A DNA stretch of 64,000 nt from a bacterium UBP2_UBA5202 (GTDB lineage Bacteria; Edwardsbacteria; AC1; EtOH8), in the NCBI GenBank assembly GCA_002412795.1, contig DHVS01000011.1, positions 19,824 to 83,823 of the forward strand, given 5' to 3'. Below the pieces are notes generated by a model. It saw nothing but the letters and a program-made list of their open reading frames with translations, was not told the origin of the DNA and did not search any database. How positions within the stretch are numbered: the first letter of the stretch is position 1; every line of letters begins with the position of its first letter. The translations under genes were made by a program, and so were the position numbers. Positions 17,393 through 27,185 of the stretch are shown piece by piece.

Positions 17393-20300
17393 ATGTCATT
17401 AGATCTTACATTCATCACCAACGAATCCGGCAAAGACCTACGTGACCGTTTTAATGTCTTGCTAGGTAAGGATACACGTTATTTCGATTGCCTCGTCGGT
17501 TATTTCTTCATCAGTGGGTTTTATAAACTATATCCTTCGCTCATCAAGACTGAAAAAATACGCATTCTCGTCGGTATTAAAACCGATACTGATATTTACG
17601 AGTTGATTCAGACAGCGAAGGCTCAACAGGAATTTGTTCTTGAGTCACATGCATACGTCCGGCAGCAACTGCCCGCTGAAATCCTAAGTGAGTTTCAGAG
17701 ATCTGGTGATAGCGTTGACATAGAGGATGGCGTTCGGAAATTTGTGGATTGGATTAAATCCGGTAAGCTGGAGGTCCGTGCCTATCCGTCAGAACGGGTT
17801 CATGCAAAGCTCTATATCATGACATTCCAGGAGGGTGACCGCGATAAAGGCCGCGTCATCACCGGATCGAGCAATTTCACTAAGGCAGGCTTGATAGACA
17901 ATTTGGAATTCAATGTCGAGTTAAAGAACCGCTCCGATTATGACTTCGCCATCCAGAAGTTTAACGAGCTTTGGGCCAAGTCTGTTGACGTGACTGAGGA
18001 TTACGTCACGACGATAGAAGTCAAATCACCATACGCCCAATTCACACCCTACGAACTATATTTAAAGTTCCTCTACGAGTACTTCCGTGGCGAACTCAAT
18101 TTGCCCGACGAAATCGAGGATATGTATGTGCCCACGGGTTTCAAGAAACTGAAATACCAGGAAGAGGCCGTGTTGAACGCACGGAAAGTGCTCGATGAAT
18201 ACGGCGGTGCGTTTCTGTCCGACGTGGTCGGTCTCGGTAAAACCTACATGTCTGCTTTGCTCGCCCAACACCTCAACGAGCCTTGTCTCGTCATCGCCCC
18301 ACCGCACCTGCTCGATGAGCACAATCCTGGATCGTGGCCGAATGTCTTCCGTGAATTTGGTGTCAGAGGCTTTTTGTGCGAATCCCTCGGCAAGCTAGAT
18401 TCCCTGCGGGACCGCGACCTTCAGAAGTTCACAACCGTCTTCATTGACGAATCGCACCGCTTCCGCACCGAAGATACACAGAGCTATGAGATGCTCGCAC
18501 AGATATGCCGTGGTAAGCGCGTCGTTTTGGTCTCGGCTACACCGTTAAACAACACACCGCAGGACATCCTGAGCCAGATCAAACTGTTCCAGCCTGGCAA
18601 AAATAGTACTATTCCCAACGTCCGCAATCTTGAAGCCTTCTTCGGTTCGCTCCGGCGGCGGCTCGAAGGACTAGACCGCCAACGCGACCATGAGGTCTAT
18701 TTCCGTACGGTACAGGAGAATGCCCGGCAGACCCGCGAGAAAATACTCAAGTTCTTGATGATCCGCCGTACCCGCACCGAGATCGAGCGATACTACGGCG
18801 AAGACTTAAAGAAACAAGGACTGAAGTTCCCGGAGGTCGTCAATCCCGAACCGCTTTTCTATAAGTTCAACAAGGTCGAGGCCGAAGTCTTCGATGAGAC
18901 GATCCGTTCGCTGACGCATGACTTTAAATATGCCCGCTATACTCCGTTGGCCTACTACAACGGGGAGCGCGATGAACAGGATGTTCAGAGCCAGCGCAAC
19001 CTCGCCAAGTTCATGAAAATCCTAACGGTTAAGCGGCTCGAAAGTAGTTTCACCGCGTTCCTGTCCACGCTTGGGCGCTTCATCCATACCTACGAGCGTG
19101 TCATCGCAGAGTTCCAGAAGGGCCACGTATTCATCAGCAAGAAACACATCGGAAAAATCTTTGAATTACTAGAATCGGACGATCAGGAGGGCATTGACCG
19201 GCTGTTAGAGGAAGACAAGGCCGAGAAACTGGCGGCTAAAGATTTTATGCCGACGTTTATCGCTGATCTAGAAAATGATTTGAAGGCGCTGAAATCCATT
19301 CGCAACCAGTGGAATAAAGTTACCCGCGACCCCAAGTGGGAATCGTTCCGGGGCATCCTCAAGAAATCGCCCTATATCAAGGACAGCAAGATCATTATTT
19401 TCAGCGAGTCAAAGGAAACCGCCGACTATCTCGCCGGTAAAATCCGCGACGAGGTCGAACCCAAAACCCTACTTTATACTGGCGAGTCGCTTCACAGCGT
19501 CCGCGAGGATGTTATCGCCAACTTTGATGCCAAGGCGTATCGGCCCAAGGACGATTACCGCATATTAGTCGCCACAGAAGTACTCGCCGAAGGCGTGAAT
19601 CTCCACCGTTCCAACGTTGTCATCAACTATGATATTCCATGGAATCCCACCCGCCTCATCCAGCGCGTGGGTCGCGTCAACCGTGTGGACACGAAGTTCG
19701 ACAAGATTCACACATACAACTTTTTCCCGACTGATGAGGGCAACGACCTCATCAAGCTCCGCGAAGCCGCCGAGGCGAAAATCCACGCTTTCATTCAAAT
19801 GCTCGGTGCGGATGCCCGTCTGCTGACCGAGGGCGAGGAAATCGTCTCGCACGACTTGTTCGCCCGGTGGAATTCCAAAAAGACAATAACCGGCGAGGAC
19901 GAGGCGGAGGAAACAGAACTCAAGTTTCTCACCGAAATCCGCGCTCTTCGGGACAAACAACCGGATTTGTTCGAACGCATCAAACGCCTACCCAAGAAAG
20001 CCCGCTCCACTCGCGTCTTGTTGGATGAACCGGCAGTCCAGAATCCCCCGGCGTTACTCACTTATTTCCGCCAAGGCAAGCTCGACAAATTCTTCCTCGG
20101 TACGTCCGGTAACCAACCTACCGTCGAACTGGACTTCATGACCGCCGCGAAAATCTTGAAGCCCACCGATCCCAAAGAACCTCGCCAATCCATCCCTCAC
20201 GAGTTCTACGATTTGCTCGATAAGAACAAGGCTACCTTTGTCATCGCCACCACCGCCGATGCTGAACAAACTTCTGCCACCCATCGCGGTAGCCCGAATG

Positions 20301-20608
20301 ACGCCTATATCTTAAAACGTCTTAAGGATAAAGCCGTCCGTCGCTGTCAGCAGTTCACCGAGGATGATGAGGAATTCGTCGTTAAAGTTATTCGACTCGT
20401 GGAAGATGGTTCGCTACCGAAAGCTACGGCCAAGAAGATCGCAGCCGCCTTGAAGAAGCCGGAAAATCTACCACCTCTCAAGGTCCTTGCCGTCCTGCGC
20501 CGTGACGTCAAGAACGAGTATTTCCAGACCAGCCCCGCAGCACACGCCAGCCAGTCGCTCACCCCTCGTGAAGTCATTCTTTCATCATATCTTGTTAAAC
20601 AGCCATGA
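17393..20608 (+). CDS. PLD-family (HKD) nuclease fused to SNF2/SF2 helicase - restriction subunit of a split Type ISP-like R-M system
   Basis: N-terminal HAKLYIM...GSSNFT HKD motif. Helicase DESHRFR (motif II), LVSATPLNN (motif III), QRVGRVNR (motif VI). Stop overlaps the MTase start (ATGA). Confidence 0.8.
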   Translation: MSLDLTFITNESGKDLRDRFNVLLGKDTRYFDCLVGYFFISGFYKLYPSLIKTEKIRILVGIKTDTDIYELIQTAKAQQEFVLESHAYVRQQLPAEILSEFQRSGDSVDIEDGVRKFVDWIKSGKLEVRAYPSERVHAKLYIMTFQEGDRDKGRVITGSSNFTKAGLIDNLEFNVELKNRSDYDFAIQKFNELWAKSVDVTEDYVTTIEVKSPYAQFTPYELYLKFLYEYFRGELNLPDEIEDMYVPTGFKKLKYQEEAVLNARKVLDEYGGAFLSDVVGLGKTYMSALLAQHLNEPCLVIAPPHLLDEHNPGSWPNVFREFGVRGFLCESLGKLDSLRDRDLQKFTTVFIDESHRFRTEDTQSYEMLAQICRGKRVVLVSATPLNNTPQDILSQIKLFQPGKNSTIPNVRNLEAFFGSLRRRLEGLDRQRDHEVYFRTVQENARQTREKILKFLMIRRTRTEIERYYGEDLKKQGLKFPEVVNPEPLFYKFNKVEAEVFDETIRSLTHDFKYARYTPLAYYNGERDEQDVQSQRNLAKFMKILTVKRLESSFTAFLSTLGRFIHTYERVIAEFQKGHVFISKKHIGKIFELLESDDQEGIDRLLEEDKAEKLAAKDFMPTFIADLENDLKALKSIRNQWNKVTRDPKWESFRGILKKSPYIKDSKIIIFSESKETADYLAGKIRDEVEPKTLLYTGESLHSVREDVIANFDAKAYRPKDDYRILVATEVLAEGVNLHRSNVVINYDIPWNPTRLIQRVGRVNRVDTKFDKIHTYNFFPTDEGNDLIKLREAAEAKIHAFIQMLGADARLLTEGEEIVSHDLFARWNSKKTITGEDEAEETELKFLTEIRALRDKQPDLFERIKRLPKKARSTRVLLDEPAVQNPPALLTYFRQGKLDKFFLGTSGNQPTVELDFMTAAKILKPTDPKEPRQSIPHEFYDLLDKNKATFVIATTADAEQTSATHRGSPNDAYILKRLKDKAVRRCQQFTEDDEEFVVKVIRLVEDGSLPKATAKKIAAALKKPENLPPLKVLAVLRRDVKNEYFQTSPAAHASQSLTPREVILSSYLVKQP

Positions 20609-23600
20609 ACACCCAACAAGCCCGTTCCCGCATTGCCGAAACATTTCCCCAGCCGTTCAACCGTACAAAGTTTCTCGAATTTACGCGTAACTTGCTGAAC
20701 AAGTTCGACGAGACCAAAGCGGTGCAGTGGAACGCCACCTACGTTAAGGACGCCTTTAAACCTCATGTCTCCCGGTTTGAGCGTCTCGGCACTTACACGT
20801 CGCCCGATAATGAAAAGCTTGACGTGCTGATCGTCCACCTGACCAACAAATCCAAGCTTGAGCGCACCCGAACCGCAATCCGCAACTTCGTCGCCGACCA
20901 TCTTAAAACACGCGACCAAAAGGATGCAGCCCTCGTCGCGTTTGTCTCCCCTACTGAACGGCAATGGCGCTTCTCCTATGTCAGGATGGAATATACTGCC
21001 GTCGAAACAGAGTCCGGCAAGGTTGGCGTCGAGACGCGCCTGACGCCTGCCCGTCGTTATTCCTACATCGTTGGCGAAGGCGAAAGTTGCCATACTGCTC
21101 AAACCCGCTTTCTCGCCTTGCTCCAGGATACCGAAAAAAATCCTACGCTGGCCCAACTTGAAGATTCTTTCAGCGTTGAAGCCGTCACCAAGGAATTCTT
21201 CAACCAATATGCCTCGTTGTTCGGCGACATTGAGGCTGCGCTCCAGAAGCTCGCTGCCAAAGATCCCGTGATCGGCAAGGAGTTCAAGACTAAGAAAGTT
21301 AGCACCGTAGACTTCGCCAAGAAGCTTCTGGGCCAGATTGTGTTCCTATATTTCCTGCAAAAGAAGGGCTGGCTTGGTGTGGCGAAGGGAAAGGATTGGG
21401 GCACTGGCCCGCATGATTTCCTGCGACGGCTAGTGGATCAATCATCTGATCAGGTACCCAATATAAATATCTTCAACGATATTCTCGAACCACTATTTTA
21501 CGATACGCTGGCCACCGATCGTGGGCATGAGGCGTTGTGCAAACATTATAAATGCCGCATCCCTTTCCTAAACGGCGGCCTATTCGAGCCGATTTGCGAT
21601 TACGACTGGCGCAAGACCCACATCAACTTGCCCAATAAGCTTTTCACCAATACCCAGCACAACGACGCCGGAGATATCGGTACGGGTGTCCTCGATGTGT
21701 TTGACCGCTACAACTTCACCGTCAACGAGGCAGAGCCGTTGGAAAAGGAAGTGGCCATCGACCCGGAAATGTTAGGCAAAGTCTTTGAAAACTTGATCGA
21801 GGAAAATCGCCGTAAAGGCCTCGGCTCGTTCTATACACCTCGCGAGATTGTCCATTACATGTGCCGGGTAAGTCTTATCAACTATCTCTACACCGCACTT
21901 AATGCTGATAAGGAAACCGTCCCACGTAAGGATGTCGAAATATTCATCCATCATGGAGAGCAAATCTCATATTACGAAGCCGTCGAGGCGCGGTCTGCTA
22001 TCAAAATGCCCAAGAGCATTGAACAGAACGCCCGAATGATTGACGAAAAGCTTTTCACCATTACCGTCTGCGATCCAGCCGTTGGATCGGGCGCGTATCC
22101 GGTGGGCATGATGGCGGAGATTGTCCGCGCGCGTTGCTCACTGACTCCCTACTTCAACGATGTTCACGACCGCACGCCTTACCACTTCAAACGCCACGCT
22201 ATTCAGAACTGCCTTTATGGCGTCGACATTGACCACGGCGCAGTAGAGATCGCCAAACTCCGTCTCTGGCTTTCGCTCGTTGTGGACGAGGAGGACGTGA
22301 AGCAGATCAAACCGCTGCCCAATCTTGATTACAAGATCGTAACTGGAAATTCGTTACTGGGGGTAGAGAAAACGCTGTTCAACGATCAGGCCTTCCGTCA
22401 GCTCGAAAAGTTGAAGCCTCTATTTTTTGATGAAACCGATCATGCACAGAAGGAGAAACTGAAGAAGAAAATCGGCGAATTGATCCACGAACTCACAAAC
22501 GGTAAGGAGATTTTTGATTTCGAGATCTATTTTTCCGAAGTGTTCCACTCCAAGCACGGATTCGATGTGCTGCTGGCAAACCCGCCCTACGTTGGGCAGA
22601 AGGGCAACAAAGAAATCTTTCAGGAAATCGCGCGGACAGATTTCGGGAAAAGATTCCATCAACGAAGAATGGACTTGTTCTATTATTTCATCCACCGTGC
22701 CTTGGATTTAGGCCACAGCCAAACGCAAATTGCTTTCATCACGACCAATTATTTCATTACGGCAACGTATGCCGACAAGCTCAGAAAAGATCTCTTTGAA
22801 CGGGCCACTTTTCGAAGCCTGATTAACTTCAATGAACTCCGCATCTTTGAATCTGCTCTTGGCCAGCATAACATGGTGTCTTTGTTTGAACGTGGCAAAG
22901 ACCCCGACGCCAGCGTGCTTACGGCCACCACCAAACGGGTCGGATTTGCGACGTCTTCTGTTCTGAATACGATTGTTTCAGGCCGTGATTCCGAAACTGA
23001 ATACCGGGAGGTGGGGCAACCCGACCTGTATCACGGCGAACAGCACTACATAACGCTTGTCGGTAGCAGTGGGTCGGTGCGTGACCCCAAAATGGCCATC
23101 TTGGAGAAAATGGCGCGAAACGGTAAGTTGCTCGGTACACTTTGCAGCGTGTTTCAGGGAATTGTCACGGGAGCAGACAAAGTTAGCCCAAAACACGTAT
23201 CTCGATTCGGGGTCAAGGCAACGCCGGGATCGGGAATATTTGTTCTGACTGAGGCTGAACTGCGGGCGTTAAGATTGGGAAAAAGGGAACTCCAATACAT
23301 TCGTCCTTGGTTCAAGAATTCTGACATCCGGCGCTATTGGTGTTCCGTGGACAATTCCTTTCACCTTATTTATCGGTCGAGCAAACACGATGAGGACGAT
23401 CTGCCAGACCTAAAGAAGCATTTCGAGCAATTCAAGATACTCTTGGTAAACAGGAATGTCCGTGCTGGCGAGGTGACGCTCCCGCAATACGATGATTTTG
23501 TTCGGGGCAAAGGGCACATTGATTATGTGATGATCGCTTCTGCCATGAAGGCAGGAAAGTATTGCTGCATCTCCTATGCTCGTGATGAAAAACTGTTTAA

Positions 23601-24012
23601 TGGCCCGAAAATTGTTTCGCCTCAACGCAGTCCCCAAAACACGTTTTGCTTCAATGACGTTCCTTGGTATGCAAGCGCAGATGTCTATTACATCACCACG
23701 AAAGACCCCTCGGTTTCGCTCAAATATGTTTTGGCACTGATAAATTCGCGGCTGTATTTTCTTTGGCTCTATTTGAAAGGGAAACGGAAAGGAGAAATGC
23801 TGGAGCTTTACCAAAAGCCTCTCTCGGAAATTCCGATAAAACACATCGCTTTCGATGAGCAGAAACCTTTCATCAAACTGGTTGACCGCATACTCACGGC
23901 GAAGCAGCGGGGTGCCGAGGCGGACACGAGAGCGATGGAGCGGGAGATAGACGAGTTGGTGTACCAGTTGTATGGGTTGAGCCAGGAAGAAATCAAAATT
24001 GTAGAGGGTTAA
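20605..24012 (+). CDS. Eco57I/PglX-like N6-adenine DNA methyltransferase (gamma class) with C-terminal target-recognition region
   Basis: FYTPREIV (motif X) and LLANPPYVG (NPPY motif IV). About 1135 aa, typical of PglX / type IIG / ISP methyltransferase-TRD proteins. Confidence 0.8.
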   Translation: MNTQQARSRIAETFPQPFNRTKFLEFTRNLLNKFDETKAVQWNATYVKDAFKPHVSRFERLGTYTSPDNEKLDVLIVHLTNKSKLERTRTAIRNFVADHLKTRDQKDAALVAFVSPTERQWRFSYVRMEYTAVETESGKVGVETRLTPARRYSYIVGEGESCHTAQTRFLALLQDTEKNPTLAQLEDSFSVEAVTKEFFNQYASLFGDIEAALQKLAAKDPVIGKEFKTKKVSTVDFAKKLLGQIVFLYFLQKKGWLGVAKGKDWGTGPHDFLRRLVDQSSDQVPNINIFNDILEPLFYDTLATDRGHEALCKHYKCRIPFLNGGLFEPICDYDWRKTHINLPNKLFTNTQHNDAGDIGTGVLDVFDRYNFTVNEAEPLEKEVAIDPEMLGKVFENLIEENRRKGLGSFYTPREIVHYMCRVSLINYLYTALNADKETVPRKDVEIFIHHGEQISYYEAVEARSAIKMPKSIEQNARMIDEKLFTITVCDPAVGSGAYPVGMMAEIVRARCSLTPYFNDVHDRTPYHFKRHAIQNCLYGVDIDHGAVEIAKLRLWLSLVVDEEDVKQIKPLPNLDYKIVTGNSLLGVEKTLFNDQAFRQLEKLKPLFFDETDHAQKEKLKKKIGELIHELTNGKEIFDFEIYFSEVFHSKHGFDVLLANPPYVGQKGNKEIFQEIARTDFGKRFHQRRMDLFYYFIHRALDLGHSQTQIAFITTNYFITATYADKLRKDLFERATFRSLINFNELRIFESALGQHNMVSLFERGKDPDASVLTATTKRVGFATSSVLNTIVSGRDSETEYREVGQPDLYHGEQHYITLVGSSGSVRDPKMAILEKMARNGKLLGTLCSVFQGIVTGADKVSPKHVSRFGVKATPGSGIFVLTEAELRALRLGKRELQYIRPWFKNSDIRRYWCSVDNSFHLIYRSSKHDEDDLPDLKKHFEQFKILLVNRNVRAGEVTLPQYDDFVRGKGHIDYVMIASAMKAGKYCCISYARDEKLFNGPKIVSPQRSPQNTFCFNDVPWYASADVYYITTKDPSVSLKYVLALINSRLYFLWLYLKGKRKGEMLELYQKPLSEIPIKHIAFDEQKPFIKLVDRILTAKQRGAEADTRAMEREIDELVYQLYGLSQEEIKIVEG

Positions 24013-24046
24013 CCCCACACCCCCACCCACAACCTGGAGCCAAACC

Positions 24047-24850
24047 ATGATCGGCGCCATAGCTGGAGACATCATAGGCTCGGTTTATGAATATACCCCT
24101 ACTAAAACCTTGGATTTCCCTTTATTCAGCCAGGATTCCGAGCTTACCGATGATACCGTCCTTACCGTGGCTGTGGCCGACTGCCTGCTGAACAAGAAGG
24201 ACTATGTCAAGACATTCAGGGATTACGCCCATCGATACCCTCACTGCGGTTTTGGCGGGGGTTTTGCACATTGGGCCATTTCACCAGATCCCAAACCTTA
24301 TAACAGTTGTGGCAATGGATCGGCCATGCGGGTCAGTCCTATTGGCTTCTTCCACGATTCAATTAAAGAGGTATTGAGGGAGGCCAAAGCCAGCGCCGAG
24401 GTCACCCATAACCACCCCGAGGGCATCAAAGGAGCACAGGCCACGGCCGCCGCTGTATTTATGGCCAGGACCGGAAGCAGCAAGCCGGAGATCAAGGATT
24501 ATGTCACCAAACAGTTCAGTTACAACCTGGATCGGAAGCTGGACGATATTAGAAAGACCTACGAATACGATATAACCAGCCAAGGGACGGTGCCGGAGTC
24601 CATAATAGCCTTCCTGGAGGCAAAAGACTACGAGGACGCCATCCGCAAGGCGATTTCGCTGGGAGGGGATGCTGATACCTTGGCCTGCATCACCGGAGGG
24701 ATTGCCCAGGCCTTTTACAAGCATATTCCTATCCAGGTATTAATGGAAGCCAGGAAGCGGCTGACCCCGGACCTGCTGAAGATAGTGGATCAGTTCGAGA
24801 AAAGATGCCCGGATGCTGCACCAATATTAAAGGGACCGGGCCTGAGTTGA
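24047..24850 (+). CDS. ADP-ribosylglycohydrolase (ARH/DraG family)
   Basis: GAIAGDIIGSVYE, DDT, GNGSAMRVSPIG, GGDADT, ACITGGIAQAFY - the full set of ARH-family motifs. Confidence 0.8.
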   Translation: MIGAIAGDIIGSVYEYTPTKTLDFPLFSQDSELTDDTVLTVAVADCLLNKKDYVKTFRDYAHRYPHCGFGGGFAHWAISPDPKPYNSCGNGSAMRVSPIGFFHDSIKEVLREAKASAEVTHNHPEGIKGAQATAAAVFMARTGSSKPEIKDYVTKQFSYNLDRKLDDIRKTYEYDITSQGTVPESIIAFLEAKDYEDAIRKAISLGGDADTLACITGGIAQAFYKHIPIQVLMEARKRLTPDLLKIVDQFEKRCPDAAPILKGPGLS

Positions 24851-25397
24851 GGGCATATAGACAAACATAGTCTCTGCAGGTACCACCCAGATAGGTAAAA
24901 AGGCATATTACAAAACCCAAAAACCAGAAAAATTTCATCAGACTATAGTGTATTAGTAATTTGTGATCGGAAAAGGTCTCGAGCCTGCCGGTTCTGTACA
25001 GATAGAAGATATGCCGTTGATAAGGTTTACCCCGGAGTGGGCCAGCCCCATAGGGAAAATCTTGGAAATCAAATAAATCGATGCATACCCCGGTTCAGCA
25101 GCCCCAAAAACCAGGGTTAGCGTACAGACTAGCTCTTTTTGACGGAATGCTATTTTGCTGTTTGTCTATTGCATTGTATATCATATAGTTACAGCGATAT
25201 TTATACTTGATGGCAAGCTAACAGAGGGATAGTTCTAGCACGTCAAAACCCCTATCTGCCAATGAAAAAACGACGGGCTTTGCCCAATTGCAATCTTTTT
25301 AAAAATGCTGGCGATTGATAATATTCTGGTAATATGTGATAGGGTTAAATCGAGGGGGTGTTGTTAAAATCTGTAGGTGCCGTTTAACGGTTGTAAT

Positions 25398-25431
25398 AGA
25401 AAAGAGGAGGTTTTTAGCCTCCTCTTTTTTT
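25398..25431 (-). terminator. bidirectional intrinsic terminator immediately after the XRE repressor gene
   Basis: GAGGAGG...CCTCCTC hairpin flanked by an A-run and a T-run. Confidence 0.55.
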
Positions 25432-25814
25432 CATGCCTTTTTTGGTTTGCTGCTGGGTGGAATATTATCGGGTTTCCTTTTCTGCTGATTTTCTAAAAGG
25501 AATTTTGCATGCAACAGAACAGTTTTCCTTAGGTCATTGTCCAGCTTTTGGTATATATCAAAAAGCGCACCGGCCACCGGGTCAATTTTTATTATGATCT
25601 CGTTGCTTATCTTGTCAGAATCTCCAACCAGGTAATCTATGGATACGTTCAGTGACTTTGCCAACCGCGTAAGTGATTTTGACTGGAGCTGTACCAAATC
25701 GCCGCTTTCTAACCTGGATATCGTGGCCTGGGTAATGGCAGCTTTACTGGCCAGTTCCTTTTGGGTCAAGCCAAGCTTTAACCGGCTAGCATTAATTCTG
25801 TCCTTTAACAACAT
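25431..25814 (-). CDS. XRE-family HTH transcriptional regulator (phage CI/Cro-like repressor)
   Basis: LGLTQKELASKAAITQATISRLESG helix-turn-helix. Divergent from the rep gene. Confidence 0.75.
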   Translation of the reverse strand: MLLKDRINASRLKLGLTQKELASKAAITQATISRLESGDLVQLQSKSLTRLAKSLNVSIDYLVGDSDKISNEIIIKIDPVAGALFDIYQKLDNDLRKTVLLHAKFLLENQQKRKPDNIPPSSKPKKA

Positions 25815-25833
25815 ATTCCTCCTTTAGGGGGTA

Positions 25834-25862
25834 TTGACAATGATATATATCTGTGGTATAAT
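25834..25862 (+). promoter_or_regulatory. consensus sigma70-type promoter (TTGACA-17 bp-TATAAT) in the repressor/rep switch region
   Basis: TTGACA 25834-25839, 17-nt spacer, TATAAT 25857-25862. Confidence 0.5.
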
Positions 25863-26002
25863 GAATATACATCAAGGGAATGACAAGGCGACAAATTCTG
25901 TTTGGATATTTTTTTGATATCGGCTATGCAACAGATATAATTATAATATATTTCAGGGTAATATGTCAAGGATAATTTTTAAAAAAGAAAGGAGGTCAGC
26001 AA

Positions 26003-26062
26003 ATGAAAACCAGGCACGGGGTTCCTACCTTATATAGTAAGAATATATCGCAACAGTTTTAA
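26003..26062 (+). CDS. possible 19-aa leader/mini-ORF
   Basis: AAAGGAGG ribosome-binding site 7 nt upstream of the ATG. MKTRHGVPTLYSKNISQQF. Confidence 0.2.
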   Translation: MKTRHGVPTLYSKNISQQF

Positions 26063-26069
26063 TCACTTT

Positions 26070-27092
26070 ATGGAGGTCCTAATCATGTTAGACAGGCTAA
26101 AAGTAAGATTGGTAAATCCCTTGATTGATCCCGACAACCAGCTACGGATTATTCCCATGGCTACTGTGGGTAATGTGCCAGGCGGTTCCTATATGTCCCT
26201 TCGGTATATTGACGGTAGCAGGGTTCAAGTTGGCAGCATTTATTACAAGGAAGAAGGTCTTTGCACAGTTACAAGCTACAACGGCTACATCTATGTCACC
26301 TTTAATCTACCCATGCTGAAATCCGGTGGGCGACACAATATATGGCCAGTAACCCAGGCTGAAGCGCGCGCCTATATCACTAATCTTTCCCGGCGTATGG
26401 CAGAGGTTGGTTTAGTCTCCGATCTCAATACAGCCACGGTGGTAAATATTGAGCTTTTTGCCAATGCAGCTACCAGATATCCCTTTAGTGCTTTTCGGCC
26501 GCTGCTGGAGCTATTAGATATATCCCGTAGGACCAGGGCGGTGTATGACGGCAGCTATACCTTCTACAATTCGCAGCGGAAAGACATTATTTACGATAAA
26601 CGTGGTGATCAGCCCGAGGAAATTGCAAAAGAGCTCCCGGAACATCTCTTGCGCTATGAATACGAGTTGAAAACCGATGATGCCGTTGAAGCCGTCTTAG
26701 GGACAAAGAACCTTGGGCAGATAATTGAAGGTTGGGAACTAATGCGTGCTAAATACATCGCTAGAATTAGGGAAGTTCTGCTGAGCGATAGCCTGAAAGT
26801 GGAGCCACCAGTACAGGGCAATCTGGATCAGCTCATGGGGCAGAAGAAGAGGCTTGAGGTGTTACAGGCCATAGGAGCGGTTAACCTTTTAAAGCAATTT
26901 GGCAGCATTAACGCAGTCCGGGTGGAATTACGCCGCCAGGGGTATAAAGCATGGGAGATTCGGGCTTTTTTGAGAAAGCTGAAGAAGTATGCCGGGCAGA
27001 ACACCTGTACCGAGGTCAGCCTAGCCGAGCTAAGAACAGAATTATACAACAAGCTGATAGAGGGGCTTGGAGGAGGTGAACCCGAAGAATAA
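26070..27092 (+). CDS. putative replication-initiation protein of the integrative element
   Basis: Positioned between the repressor and the excisionase/integrase, as a Rep usually is. 340 aa. No catalytic motif verified. Confidence 0.35.
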   Translation: MEVLIMLDRLKVRLVNPLIDPDNQLRIIPMATVGNVPGGSYMSLRYIDGSRVQVGSIYYKEEGLCTVTSYNGYIYVTFNLPMLKSGGRHNIWPVTQAEARAYITNLSRRMAEVGLVSDLNTATVVNIELFANAATRYPFSAFRPLLELLDISRRTRAVYDGSYTFYNSQRKDIIYDKRGDQPEEIAKELPEHLLRYEYELKTDDAVEAVLGTKNLGQIIEGWELMRAKYIARIREVLLSDSLKVEPPVQGNLDQLMGQKKRLEVLQAIGAVNLLKQFGSINAVRVELRRQGYKAWEIRAFLRKLKKYAGQNTCTEVSLAELRTELYNKLIEGLGGGEPEE

Positions 27093-27185
27093 TGTAAACT
27101 GACCCTAACCGACGCCGGCGGGGTGAAAAGATCCCCGTGGGCCAGCCCCAACAAAAATAACAAATATTAATGTATGGAGACCAGC

